Positions 1-13,104 of a stretch of 64,000 nucleotides of DNA are shown one piece after another. Where the stretch lies: contig NC_043001.1 in assembly GCF_006345805.1 (NCBI RefSeq), positions 77,748,001 to 77,812,000 of the forward strand, in the 5' to 3' direction. Within the stretch, counting starts at the first letter, position 1; each line of letters opens with the position of its first letter. A program made the position numbers and the translations under genes. The notes under the pieces were generated by a model, which had not been told where the DNA came from, ran no database searches, and saw nothing but the letters and a program-made list of their open reading frames with translations. Origin of the DNA: Octopus sinensis (taxonomy: Eukaryota).

Positions 1-1587
1 CACATCCCACACAGAGGAAGAAATAAAGATATTGACGAATTCTGTAACCACATTGAGAACTTCCCCTACCATACTATACATAAACAGAAAGCTAACCCAA
101 ATTTTAACACTACACAATGAAAGAACTGATAGACCTCCAAGATGATGAAGATATAACCATTAAGGAAGCGGACAAGGAAATGCAGTTGTAATAATGGATA
201 CATCATACTACAGAAATCTTTAATTTCCTTGCTTGATGAAGACCTACATTATGAAAAATTACCAACTACACCCCACAAAAAATAATGAAAACTCTATCTT
301 CACTAATTAAAACCCATGAAAAGGAACTGACAACCAAGAGATTGATTTCCTAACAACTTTAAATGCAAACCTAGCCTTTTCTATGGTCTGCCAAAATTCA
401 TAAAAGTCAAATTATAAATGAAACCATTAAAAAATCACCAAGACATACATACACACACCTAATCCGGGGGACCTAAACTACGACCCATTGTAGCTGGCCC
501 AACCTGTGAAACACAGAGACTAGTCTACTTATGACATCCTCTTGAAACCCTTCCTTAAACATATCGATAGCCATATCAGAGATGACTTAGATATGTTAAA
601 CCACCTCCCAAAAAAACCAAGGAAGAAACAATCCTGGTTTCATTTGATGTAGTCAACTTGTATACCAGTATACCTCATAGTTATGGACTGGAGGCAATAC
701 AATTCTGGTTAGACCAATTTCCGGAAGAAATACCAAAAAGGATCAGTAAGGATTCATTACTAAATCAATTGAATTCATCCTAGACAATAACCACTTCATG
801 TTTGACAATACATTTTACCGTCAAAAATCCGGAATTGCTATGGGTACAAGGGCAGCACCAGTCATTGCGAACTTAACAATGGGATACATGGAAATAATCA
901 TTACCAGGAATCTCTATCAATCTTTGGAAACTCCCTCTCTCAATACTAAAAGAGAATTGGAAACGATTCCTAGACGATTGTTTCATTCTCTGGAATGAAA
1001 ACATAGATAAACTCCTAAAATTTAAAAACCTATTGACAGCATAAACCCAAATATACAGTTCACGATTGAATACAACCAAAAGGAGCTCCCGTTCTTGGAT
1101 ATACTAATTAAAAAAATTAACCTTAAAATAGAAACAGACATTTTTTACAAAGCCACAGACGCCAAACAATACCTTCTTTTTAATTCATGCCACCCAGACA
1201 CACTAAAACAAACATCCCCTTCAACCTTGCAAGAAGGATATGCAACAATAGTGTCAGACAAAATACCAGAACTTTAGACTGCAAGAACTCAAAAACACCC
1301 TAATTGACAGACATTACCCAGCTCAACTCATAGAGGATGGGATCAGACGTGCAACAGAAATCAACATAGAAACTTTAAGAAAAGTTCAACACAACAACAC
1401 ACCTTCCCCGAAAATACTACTTACATATCTACATACAACCCCAGAAACAAAGAAGCCTTCACCATCATCACCCAGAATTTACCAATACTTCATAAAAACC
1501 CAAAATTAAAGGAAATTCTAAACATACACCAAATCATTAAAAGCTACAAACAGCCTAAATCACTTAAAAAGATTCTCACAAGGCAAA

Positions 1588-2040
1588 ATGTCTTCTAAAA
1601 TTACGGATGCAAAAGTAAAAAAATGTGGTAGATCAAACTGTGCAACATGTCCTAACCTATTGGAAGGATCAGAATTCTTCTTTAAAGAGGGACAGAAATT
1701 TAAGATCAAATCTAACTTTACTTGTGCCTCTGAAAACATAATTTATGTTATTAAATGCTCGGGCTGCCACCAAGACTACGTGGGTTCCACGGGACTATCA
1801 CTCAGGCGCAGATGCACACTGCATCGACAACAGATTGCATTCCCAGAATATAGAATGATACCTTTTAGTGAGCACATTGAGAAATGCGCAAAGCAACTAC
1901 TGCCACAATTTTTAATCTTCCCATTTTGCCAATGTGCTTTCGGATCATCAACACAAATGAGACTGAACAAGGAAACATTCTTCATTGAAAAGTACAAACC
2001 CAGACTCAACCATCCGAACATACTGACACAGAGAAATTAA
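1588..2040 (+). pseudogene. GIY-YIG endonuclease domain of the PLE, with Cys linker CGRSNCATC
   Basis: NIIYVIKCSGCHQDYVGSTG...RRRCTLH...ETFFIEKYKPRLN is the PLE GIY-YIG architecture. It is disconnected from the RT by frameshifts. Confidence 0.9.
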
Positions 2041-2174
2041 CAAGGAAAAGGAAAAAAATTTTTAAGCGATTATCTCCCCTACACCGGAAAAAATCACTCA
2101 CTACCTCCCCTTATTTAGAAATCTCCTGGAAATAAAAATAACGATAAATCCATGCAATATAAACATAACGTCAC

Positions 2175-2214
2175 AAGAAATTTGAAAAGCTACACGCGAA
2201 ACCGGTAATTTCTT
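2175..2214 (+). ncRNA. Type I hammerhead ribozyme motif, U3-A8 core variant
   Basis: AAGAAAT / TTGAAAA / GC-TACAC-GC / GAAA-CCGG-TA / ATTTCTT: 7-bp stem I, palindromic stem III ACCGGT, predicted cleavage 3' of A2207. Confidence 0.75.
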
Positions 2215-2352
2215 TAAAAATTTTTAAATTATGTCATTTTAAGGAAAGGAAAAAGAAAAAATTTTTCAATATTCTCCAGACATTTTGACACAAATATATA
2301 TATATTTTAACATTTAAGCCTTCTGTCGTTTTTTCACACACTTTACTATTTT

Positions 2353-2396
<44 letters not shown>

Positions 2397-2636
2397 TGTC
2401 TATATATATACATACGTATTTATAGATATTTGTTTGTGTATATTTATATATGTGTGTGCATACATAAATATATATATTATATATGTATAAATATGTATAA
2501 ATATGTATAAATATGTATAAATATGTATTATGCATTTAAATTGTCACGGGGCAGATTTCCTTAACAATGTACTGCATCTATATGTGCACATAGAACACAC
2601 GCACGCACACACTCACACACATACACACATACACAA

Positions 2637-2672
<36 letters not shown>

Positions 2673-3150
2673 TTGTGTATATATATATGTACATATTCAT
2701 ATACTATATCACACATTATTTATAGCTTCCATCGTGTGGGTTTGGTAAATATGGAACACCATACACATACAAACATACGCGCCTTTATGTCTTTATGAAT
2801 ATATATGCATGTAATTACATATACGTATGTGTGTGTGCGTGTGTGTGTGAGTTAGTTTGTTTGTATGTGAAAGAAAAAAAGGTGATAGCAATCAATTAGC
2901 TAATTAGGCATTTTTTCCGATATTTTTAATAAGTCTTTCACTTACATTAAATGAATTAAGATCTAATTGGTAGAATAATTTGGTATACAATATCAGCCTG
3001 TTGCTTTAACCTTTTGATTAAAAGAATATGGCATGAGGTGATACACATACGTATATATATATATATATATATATATCTGTATATACATACAAACATACAT
3101 ATGTATACATATATGTACGTATATACGTGTGTTGATATATATATATATAG

Positions 3151-3202
<52 letters not shown>

Positions 3203-3696
3203 GTGCGTATGTCTGTATTTTAATGATAAAGCCAAAAACTTGAAATCAATTAATATATGGTAGTAATAATAATATCAGTAATATTAAAACAGTGATACTA
3301 TTTGGAGTATGAATAATAATAATAACAATAATAGAAATGATTTTGTTACCATTGGCAACATCATCATCCTTTTGATCGTTAATAATATTATGGTTATTCT
3401 TATTTTATAATCACCATGAAAAAAAACCCGTCCCCCACCCCCCACCAGCCGCGGTGACCAAATTCGGAATTGTATCTACAGTCTCAAATACTGGTTAGAG
3501 TATTTACCATATAAAAGTAGAATGGAGATACTGCAGAACGTTGATTGGAATTGTAAGTATCTCAAGAAGAATCTTTGAGAACTGATGCTGTTGGGTGAAC
3601 CTTCATTTCAAGGAGAATTTATTTTGGTTTAATACACACACACCGAGATACTTCAGTATTAACAACAACAACAACAACAACAGCAACAACAACAAC

Positions 3697-3945
3697 GCAC
3701 TCAGAGCACTAACAACCAAGTTCGTGACATATGTCAAAGAAATCGGAATTGAAACGAGAACAGAGCAAGCCCAAAACACTGCTCTACCGGTACAGCTAGG
3801 TTATTGAGATTAGCACTTGGATGGTGAATGTCTCCCAGAGCTTAAAATGTGCGGAAAGAAAGCCTCTGATAACAGGCTGCTCTCTGCTCTCACGGAGTCA
3901 ACCGGAGCAAACAAGAGCTAGTTCTCTGAGAAGTAAGACATTAAT
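3697..3945 (+). mobile_element. 3' end of REL-endonuclease non-LTR element (R4/Dong-like)
   Basis: ALRALTTKFVTYVKEIGIETRTEQAQNTAL-(GTARLLRLALGW*) is the typical C-terminus, followed by a 3' UTR. Flanked by (AAC)n and AAT repeats. Confidence 0.7.
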
Positions 3946-3970
3946 GATAATAATAAGGCAGTAGTTCTCA

Positions 3971-4540
3971 GTGCCCTGATGCACGACCAGGCAGTTGCTC
4001 TCATGGATTCTGTTCTTAACTGATTGGAAGTGCTATCATGTACATTATTTTGTCTTGGTATAAAAGATGGGCTTCAACAAATATTCTGTTCAATAACATA
4101 GGTTTGCTTGTCTATTGTTTGACCTTAACCGGTTGAGCATGTCCCTTAGTGGCTGATGGTATGTGTATCTCTGAACCCGAGTAGAAGTAGAGGGGAAGCA
4201 TCATAGCCATGTGTTGAGAGGAATTGTTTGGGGTTTGAATAATTCCTCACTTGAAACATGGCTGTTTTGTTCATCCTTAAACAAACATCCTTAAAACAAA
4301 CCTTATTGAGGGACCTTTTGAGCGTGATGAGCTACTCGACCTGCAGAAATTTCTTACCGAGTCAAACCTGCAAGGTCATACGCTGTTTCTCTTGATATGC
4401 GATCACCATGTCGCGCACATATGGTTGTAATGCATGTGCCTCGTGTACCCTTATCTGACAGGTAGTCATGATGGGTATAATGAGCTTCGTGTATTTTTAC
4501 CGCAGTGTCACTTTGATGGTATGCGCTGCTCTCTCACTCA
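3971..4540 (+). mobile_element. ~560-bp non-coding interspersed element, copy 1 (class unknown; strand arbitrary)
   Basis: Homologous along its length to 60326-60881 (same orientation) and 4866-5402 (inverted). Bounded by AAT repeats. Confidence 0.85.
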
Positions 4541-4591
4541 ATAATAATAGTCATAATAATAATAATCATTATAATAATAATAATAATAATG

Positions 4592-4636
<45 letters not shown>

Positions 4637-4701
4637 TTAATAATAATAATAATAATAATGATGATAATATTAATAATAATAATAATAATAATATTAATAA
4701 T

Positions 4702-4745
<44 letters not shown>

Positions 4746-4794
4746 GTAATAATAATAATAATGATAATAATGATAATAATTAATTATAATATTG

Positions 4795-4842
<48 letters not shown>

Positions 4843-4865
4843 TAATAATAATAATAATAATAATA
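4541..4865. repeat. (AAT)n microsatellite
   Basis: Directly visible. Confidence 0.98.
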
Positions 4866-5402
4866 ATGCCATCAAAGTGACACGGGTAAAATATACGAAG
4901 CCCAGTATACCCATCATGACTACCCGTCTGATAAGGGTACACTAGGCACATGCATCACAACCATATGTGCGCGACATGGTGATCTCATATCAAGATAAAC
5001 AGCACATGACCTTGCAGGTGGGGCCCAGTTAGAATTTTCTCCTGGTTGAGTAACCCAATCAGCTCAAATGGTCCCTGAATAAGGGTTGCTTAAGGATGTT
5101 GAACGAAACACCCATGTTTCCAAAGGTGAATTATTCAAACCCCAAACAATCCCTCTCAACACATGGCTATGATGCTCCCCCACTACTTCTGCTCGTGATC
5201 AGAGATGCACATATCGTCAGCCACTAAGGAACATGCTCAACTGGTTAAGGTCAAGCAACTGACAAGCAAATCTGTGGTATTGAGCAGAATATTTGCTGTA
5301 GCCCATCTTTTATACCAAGACAAAACAATGTACATGATAACACTTCCAATCAGTTAAGATCAGAAGCCATGAAAGCCACAGCCTGGTACTGCATCAGGGC
5401 AT
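4866..5402 (-). mobile_element. ~560-bp non-coding interspersed element, copy 2 (inverted, lacks about 20 terminal nt)
   Basis: Reverse-complement homolog of 3971-4540: starts ATGCCATCAAAGTGACAC, ends GGTACTGCATCAGGGCAT. Confidence 0.85.
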
Positions 5403-5984
5403 ATGATAATAATAATAATAATAATAATGTATTTGGTGAAAGTTCTTGTAGGTTTCGGCGACCATGTGTGTTCTCTGGCTGCATAAGTTTTGCGTGTCTT
5501 TTTAGGCGGGCTATTAGGAACCAGCATATAACATGATACCATTTAAGTACAACTCCCTGGAAGCCATTTTGATTCTGTAGATAATGGTGGTAGCGCTAGT
5601 AGTGGCAGTAGTAGCAGCAGCAGCAGCAATTACACCAGAATTAACAGTAGTAGTAGTAGTAGTTGTTATTGTTATTTTTTATATGGGTCTTTGGTAGGAT
5701 ACGCAAAAACAAGAAAAAATAAATGAATAGATTCGTAAAACTAATCGATATATAAAGAGATGAATAAATAAATGTGAAAAGTCAAATACGAAAGAGGTAT
5801 CGTACAATGTGTGTATTTGTACGTATATGTGAGTGTGCTTGTGTATGTATGTGTGTGAACGCGCGAGTGTGGTCACCTCCCTTTGTGTGAGCGTATCCAT
5901 GGATGTTTAAATGAAGTGCATCTCAGTGCGTGCGCATACATATATTCACCCACACGCCCATACATACAAACACGCATACACATT

Positions 5985-6036
5985 TATCCAAACGCGTATA
6001 TCGACTTATGAGCACACATGCTCGTATACGTTTGTT

Positions 6037-6079
<43 letters not shown>

Positions 6080-6219
6080 ATAGATAGATAGATATAGATA
6101 TAGATATATATATATATGCATATATGTATAAATATTTATATATATATATACATATGTATGTATATATATATATACATGCATGTACACTTTTCATGCGTAT
6201 AAACAAGCATACACATATA

Positions 6220-6253
<34 letters not shown>

Positions 6254-6507
6254 CATATATATTGTTATATAAACGCTCATATATACAATGTATACATGTT
6301 TGTATGTATATAATATGTATTCATCTATTTCTCTGTGTCAGTTTATGTATGTACGTATATATATACACGTACATATTAATAAAAAGACGAAGAGAGATGA
6401 AGGAGATGAGCAAATGCATATGTATGGACGTGTACATATATATATATATGCATTATATATACATATATAATATATATATATATACATATATATATATACA
6501 TATAATG

Positions 6508-6549
<42 letters not shown>

Positions 6550-6621
6550 GGAAGGTTGCATATATACATGCATACATGTACTCACATTAATTGTATATGT
6601 ACATGTATATATGTATGACTG

Positions 6622-6652
<31 letters not shown>

Positions 6653-6733
6653 CATAAATATATGAGTACATGTGTGCATGTATATATGCAATCTTGTACG
6701 TACATATATGCATGTACACATACACATAAATAC

Positions 6734-6786
<53 letters not shown>

Positions 6787-7138
6787 AGGTGAACGGGAGG
6801 AAAATAATAAAGAAGACGAATGGAAATATGATTTAAAGAGATAATGTTTAGTAGCTACAGCGCCATCTATGGAAAATATCAAACTAAGGAAATTGAATGG
6901 CTTTTTGATAAGAGTGTATGACGGTTGCAGCGGTGACGATGGTAGAGTGGGTGGAGGCGGTAGTGGTGGTGAGGGGTTATTGAGAGCAGGACGGTCAACT
7001 GATTCGTAATATTGCAATTGACTTCTTGTAACATCTCTCGACATTAATTCAATGTCTGTGTGCTTGCGTGTACTTGCGTGAGTATATGCATGTGTGTTGT
7101 GTGCTTGTGTGCTTATCTCATGTATATATATATATATG

Positions 7139-7194
<56 letters not shown>

Positions 7195-7510
7195 TATACA
7201 TTTTTAAAGCTATATACTTACACACATGACACGTATACTAAAATGTCAACGTGTATATGCACAGACATACTGTTTATAATACATACTTACATGCATGTAT
7301 ACACACAGACACACACACACACGTACATATATATATATATCTGATGTGTATGTACATACACATACACACACACAACACACAAATATATATATAAATTTAT
7401 ACACACACACACACACACACACGCATATATATATATATATAAATTTATATATATATATTTGTGTGTTGTGTGTATGTGTATGTACATACACATCAGATAT
7501 ATATCAGTAT
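5985..7510. repeat. Compound (TA)n/(CA)n/(TACA)n microsatellite region
   Basis: Directly visible; it produces the YI/TH-rich pseudo-ORFs. Confidence 0.95.
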
Positions 7511-7979
7511 TTGCATACAAGTTTCAAAAGGAGAGTTTGAATTACCAATCAATCCCCAATACATGTCTACATATTTACATTTATAAATACACGCAAATTC
7601 CACCCCGCCGCCACTGTGTATACACACATACACACATATTTTCATAGGGCACATAGAAACAAACCATAATACGTTTATATACGTAGCGCTAACAATATGC
7701 ACAAGTAAATTCACAAACATTGCGTTGCAGCTACTGCTTTGATGCTGAACAACAAACTGAAGTCGTAGAGATAAAAAATAGATGTCTTTGACACCACGAC
7801 CAGTCATTTGACCAGCCATGTTACTAAACTCAATCACTGGCGCCATGCAACTTTAAATAACCTGACCACAAATTCCAATTCCATTTATTATTTTGGATAC
7901 TGTAAGGATTACGGTTGAGTAAAAGTGAAGTGCACGAAACTTCTAAGCTGGGGGAAAATTATATACGCATGTGTGCGTA

Positions 7980-8019
7980 TACATACATACATACATACAT
8001 ACATACATACATACATACA

Positions 8020-8053
<34 letters not shown>

Positions 8054-8250
8054 CATACATACGTACTTACGTACATACGTACGTACATACATACATATAT
8101 ACATACATACATATTTATATACATACATACATACATACATACATACATACATACATACATACATAATACATACATACATACATACATACATACATACATA
8201 CATAATACATACATACATAAACATACATACATACATACATACATATATTT
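7980..8250. repeat. (ATAC)n tetranucleotide array
   Basis: Directly visible. Confidence 0.97.
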
Positions 8251-8559
8251 ACGAGCTGCCAGTTTTTCCAAGATCATGGTGAGTCCAACAGCATAATGAC
8301 TGATGAACAGACCGGTGGATCGAAGAGATCGTTGGGATGTGCCGAACATCTTTTGATAAACAAAGCTGTACTGTTTGAAGTAAAAAAAAATAATAAAACA
8401 TCGTAGTATGGCTTAATTAAAGGAAAGCATTTGACTATTCCCAACTTATAACGGCTGAAGTGGATGCATTCGGCTGAAAGTGATTGCTGCCTTAATTGTT
8501 GCCCTTGGGAGACTCACAAAAACCTGGGCAACAGTTGTTACACCGAGAATAGAGCAAAA

Positions 8560-9670
8560 CGATCATCTCTAACTTTATAAATATTTCAAAGGAAATATCC
8601 GAATGAGATTGCCATTCTCTAATTCTGTTAATTTCGGCATTAAATCCACTATCATTCCTCCAACAAAAGTCAAATCTACTTGCTAGGGTCTGTAACCGTT
8701 AGAGATAATAATGCAAATCAGAATCTGTTTGCTTAAGATGTTAACAATGCCAAAGACACAGCTGAAATTAATAAGATATGCAACTGACCTAGGAAGGTAA
8801 TTTGACTAAAAAGATGTTCATACATGGAGAATGAGTACCTCAGACCCGAAACTTGTTAATCAATGGTTCACTATCTCTTCTGTCTCACACAAAGAATGCT
8901 ACAAGTATCTAATCGTTGATAGAAACACATACGAAGGTACTGTGAATAAATATAGAGTGAACCAAAAAATATAATGCTAGATTTAATAAAATGTGGCTGT
9001 CAGAAGTCTCCTCTTACTAGGACAATATCGCACAATGTATTTGTTTTACGACTGTTGATTCCAACATACTCTGTAGAATAGATCCAACCCGTAGACGTTA
9101 AAATTTACAAGATACTGACATCAACTGGAAATCGCCACAGAAATAGTGATATTGACAGCCTATATCTAAGAAGAAATAAAAGAAGTAGGGGCTTGAGATC
9201 AGTGCCGACAGACTTCATATCTTCGTGGCTTTCAAACAGTTCTTGCTAAACAACAACAACAAAAGCCAAATACATTAGCTTAATGCTAAAAAGCGAAGAG
9301 AACAATATCTTACATGTCGGCAATGAGCTCTTCAGAGAGCACGCTGTTCGTGATGACCCTCCATACAGCCGCAAAACAGCTGGACTAACAAACCTTAACG
9401 AAGACCTCGATGTGAGAATAGAATAAAACCACGCATGAGTATGTTTCCCTAAGACTTGAAGAAGACAGTAATATCAACATGAAGCGAAACCTCTCTTGGA
9501 CTCGCAACCGCTATATCGCTCCGCATTTTAAAGGCTGTACGAAATACCTAATCCAGCTCTAAGATACATCGGAAAATGTGGATTAGGCCATATTTCTGTG
9601 GAAGACATCACACATGAGATTAGCAGCAGACCAAAAATGTCATCAAGGTACTACCACCCTATATCGGTGA
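8560..9670 (+). mobile_element. Highly decayed R4/Dong-like LINE RT-thumb and zinc-knuckle region
   Basis: DVKIYKILTSTGNRHRNSDIDSLYLRRNKRSRGLRSV (~9095-9205) resembles the 'LDRKTRKLLT..G..HP.SDVDRLYL.R..GGRGL' motif. A CCHC remnant lies at ~9570-9660. Confidence 0.6.
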
Positions 9671-9739
9671 ATCTCGATGCAATTAAAACTATATTTATTA
9701 GCCTGTTTATTATATTGAATTAAAAATCCTCTGGATAGA

Positions 9740-9954
9740 GGAAGTTGTCGAGGTCCGGAGCGGATCGCAGAAGGTCCTCGACTCGCTTACGAAAAATCAC
9801 TTCCCAGCCAGATTCCGAACGAGGCTGGAACACAGGGATCGGTGTATTGCTGCGCAAGGTGACTCTTTCTAAGAAGATGAAGTTAAAACTTAGGTAAATA
9901 AGGTATTCTTTATTAAACATAACTAGTCCGGGAACTCTTTGATACCAACTCGTA
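9740..9954 (+). mobile_element. Mariner (Tc1/mariner) 3' fragment with right TIR and TA
   Basis: Translates ...QKVLDSLTKNHF...EHRDRCIAAQGDSF*ED (mariner C-terminus WDRCIAAQGDYFE). Terminal AGTCCGGGAACTCTTTGATACCAACTCG|TA is a mariner-type TIR. Confidence 0.8.
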
Positions 9955-10509
9955 TACATACACAGATGCAAATGTACTCCATTTTTTATTGTTTGTTTTA
10001 TAATTATACATAAATGAGCGAAAATGTATATAAAGTGATTCACTTATTTGCATTCCATGCAGTTCATATAATTTACCTTAAATGCCAAGTTAACATTTCA
10101 ATGAATATGTTTTTTCCAAATTCTTCAGCTTAATCTTTTAACTAAAAAACACAAAGGTATTAAACAGTAATACAAGAAAAAGGAGCACATTTTCAGTTTT
10201 TGTAATACTCGTTTATTTTAATTGTTTGTAGTGATTTTTTTAATGCTTTTCTCATTTTCTATTGAATTATCACTTCCAGAAAGAAGAATATTTGCACACG
10301 CACATATTCATCAAGATGTACGAACATCCACAAAATGGTGTAGCATATTTAGATACATGCATACGCTGACACGTACGTTCACACACCATCTTGTATAGGC
10401 ATGCTTACACACACACACGCACACACAGAGATACAAACACAGACAGACACACACACATTCACAGTCTCACTGACTCACTCATACACATCCACGTATGTAT
10501 GTATGTATG

Positions 10510-10547
<38 letters not shown>

Positions 10548-10548
<1 letters not shown>

Positions 10549-10585
10549 TGTCTGATGAACGGCAACGAGAAACTGAGAGTAACAG
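10548..10585 (+). ncRNA. Minimal type I hammerhead ribozyme motif
   Basis: CTGT / CTGATGA / A-CG-GCAA-CG-A / GAAA-CTGAGAG-TA / ACAG: 4-bp stem I, intact core, short stem II with a GNRA loop, 3-bp stem III. Confidence 0.65.
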
Positions 10586-10688
10586 ATTTTGTTGAATTTT
10601 CTGCTGCTTAAAATAAAGCATATTACTCTACCACTGGTATTTGAGTACTCTTTTTTTCCACCTTGTTTCACATTTATGTGTTTACTCC

Positions 10689-10758
<70 letters not shown>

Positions 10759-11289
10759 ATATATTATATACATATGTGTGTATATATATATATAATATGT
10801 ATGTATGTATGCATATAAAATATTCATGGGTCGAGGTTCACTACAGTTGATATTGGGGGTATTTGTGCTTTTGAAGAGACATTTAATTTACCAATATTTT
10901 CTCTCGTCTATTTTAGCATAACTAAATATACGGCATACTCTATTGAATGGTATATTTATTTTGCGTAGGAAGGGTGGCAAATTTAAAATCTACATAAATG
11001 CTAAAAAACCTAATAAAACATGCCATTTCCAAACCAAAAGAAATCCCAACCTTTGCCTTACAGAGAAAGAATGAAACTGAGTGAGGAACCAAAAATCCGA
11101 ATTTAAATATTCTATTTGTAGTTACTCATAATTCTGGTTTCCACAAAATTCTACCATCGGCCAAACAAAAGTTCCCAATTCTATGTCAATCAGTAATTTA
11201 AGGATCCAAATAATTTAAGAATCACAAATCATCAACAGCCGAAGACAACCACTAAATCCCAAAAGTCACTTAAGAAAGGCGAGGATCAC

Positions 11290-11700
11290 ATCAGAGATAA
11301 AAATAATGCCGGTAACACATTGTGGAGTCCCACGTTGCGGGACATGCGAAATAATTAAAGACGGAACAATTAAAAGATTCCAGCATGAGACAGAAGTTAA
11401 AGTGAATACAGGCATGAATTGTAAAATAAAAAAAAAAAAAAGATATATCATCTACTGCATCACCTGCCCAAGATACAACGAAAATTACATTGGAGAAACA
11501 GAAACAAAACTATCGAAACATGTGAATGTAGACAAAGAGCAAATTAAATGTTCATCTCTTAGAAATTCTACGTCTAGACATTCGTGGAAATGGAAAATTC
11601 TAGATATTTCATTTTTATAGAATAAAAGACGAAAAGTGATCAACTACGAAAAGGAAATGAGAAATACGTTATACAATAAGCAAAAGAGGTGATTTTCTTA
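11290..11700 (+). mobile_element. Decayed PLE GIY-YIG fragment
   Basis: CGVPRCGTCEII...YIIYCITCPRYNENYIGETETKLSKH (ORF 11306). Confidence 0.85.
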
Positions 11701-12524
11701 AGCACTTAAAATTTACGCCAGCATGCTGCACCAATGTTTACTTGTTGAATTAATACGAGTCATAATCTACGTGGTCGCTTAACACGATGGAAGTAGTAGC
11801 CGAATAATCCTTAATTTATAGTCGTCTCTTTGTAAGGCAAAGGAAAGAATACCCAGTTTATCCTTAGATACTAGAAAACTGCTTGATGAGGTCTGACTTA
11901 CGAGTGATCAACGAAACCTACCGAGAAATAAGACCGTATTTCAGAATTGCTAGTAACCTGCATCATTAAGCAGATACCTTATACGTTTCATTAAGATTTC
12001 GTATTTGTAAAGTTCGTTGTAATGTTCGTTTTGACTTGTACCAAATAAATCATGGAAGTTTCACCAATCTAAAGGTTATATGTGTTTTAACGATATTCCG
12101 ACATATTAATAACAAAGAAAAATAATCCTTCATACTCTACAATGAATTATGCGAAAATTACAACGAATATGTGCAAATCTGTACATATATGTCTACACTG
12201 TTCTGAAAACTGATATTGCTAATTTGCGTCACTTTTATGTCTTGTAACTTAGTTAGTTTATCAATAGATTTTGATAAAGTAACAAGACAGCGACCTAACA
12301 CGTCATGCAAAATTTGCTTAGTGATATTTCTTCTGTCGCTGTACATCCTGAGTTCAAATAAAGTCGAGTCGATTTTGTCTTTCATCCTTCTGGAGTTTTT
12401 AAAATAAGTACCAGTCGAGCACCGCGGTCTATATAATCGAACAATCCACTCCCTCCAGATTTAAATATTTATGACTATATTAGAAAGTATTTAAACATCT
12501 ACGCGATCGACAAAGACCACTGAA

Positions 12525-13104
12525 GGTGGTGTCTTTTCTACTCTAAGAACAAGGCCCGAAATTTTTAGGGAGTGGGGCCAGTCGATTAGATCCGTCTCAG
12601 TACAAAACTGGTACTTAATTTATCGACCCTGAAAGAAGGAAAGGCAAGGTCGACCTGAGCGGAATTTTGAACGTAAAAACAGACGAAATACCTATTTTTC
12701 TTTACTACTCAAAAGGGGCTCAACACAGAGAGGACAAACTAGGACAGACAAACAGATTAAGTCGATTATATCGATCCCAGTGCATAACTAGTACTTATTT
12801 AATCGACCCCGAAAAGATGAAAGGCAAAGTTGACCTCGGCGGAATTTGAACTCAGAACGTAAAGACAGACAAAATATCTATTTCTTTATTACCCAAAAGT
12901 GGCTAAACATAGAGGAGACAAACAAGGACGGGCATAGGTATTAAGTAGATTACATCGACCCCAGTGCGTAACTGGTACCTAATTTATCGACCTCGAAAGG
13001 TAAAGTCGACCTCGGTGGTATTTGAACTCCCAACGTAACAGCAGACGAAATACCGCTAAGCATTTCACCCGACGTGCTAACGTTTTTGCCAGCTCGCCGC
13101 CTTC
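12525..13104 (-). mobile_element. SINE family A (head GGCGGCGAGCTGGCAGAA): head-to-tail trimer, one full head plus two head-truncated units
   Basis: Three repeats of the TCGACCCC-GAAAGGATGAAAGGCAAAGTCGACCTCGGCGGAATTTGAACTCAGAAC body; the head occurs only at ~13050-13104. Confidence 0.88.

Larger units (their letters stand above)
1..2330 (+). mobile_element. Penelope-like retroelement (PLE), 5'-truncated by the window edge, frameshifted RT + GIY-YIG
   Basis: Motifs read across frameshifts: KLRPIVAGPTCET (~475-515), FDVVNLYTSIP (~643-675), FYRQKSGIAMGTRAAPVIANLTMGYME (ORF 798), RFLDDCFILW (~964-993), INPNIQFTIEYNQKELPFLDILI, IETDIFYKATDAKQYLLFNSCHP (ORF 1095), then GIY-YIG ORF 1588-2040. The 3' region carries a hammerhead and runs into (TA)n. 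Confidence 0.93.

Noticed and set aside
8299-8360. CTGATGA...GCCGAACATC as a hammerhead
   Set aside because: There is no GAAA, and I found no stem I or stem III pairing.
11880-11930. TTGATGAGGTC...CGAAACC downstream of the second GIY-YIG fragment
   Set aside because: U3 occurs without A8, stem II is not adjacent to GAAA, and there is no closing stem I; at best a relic.
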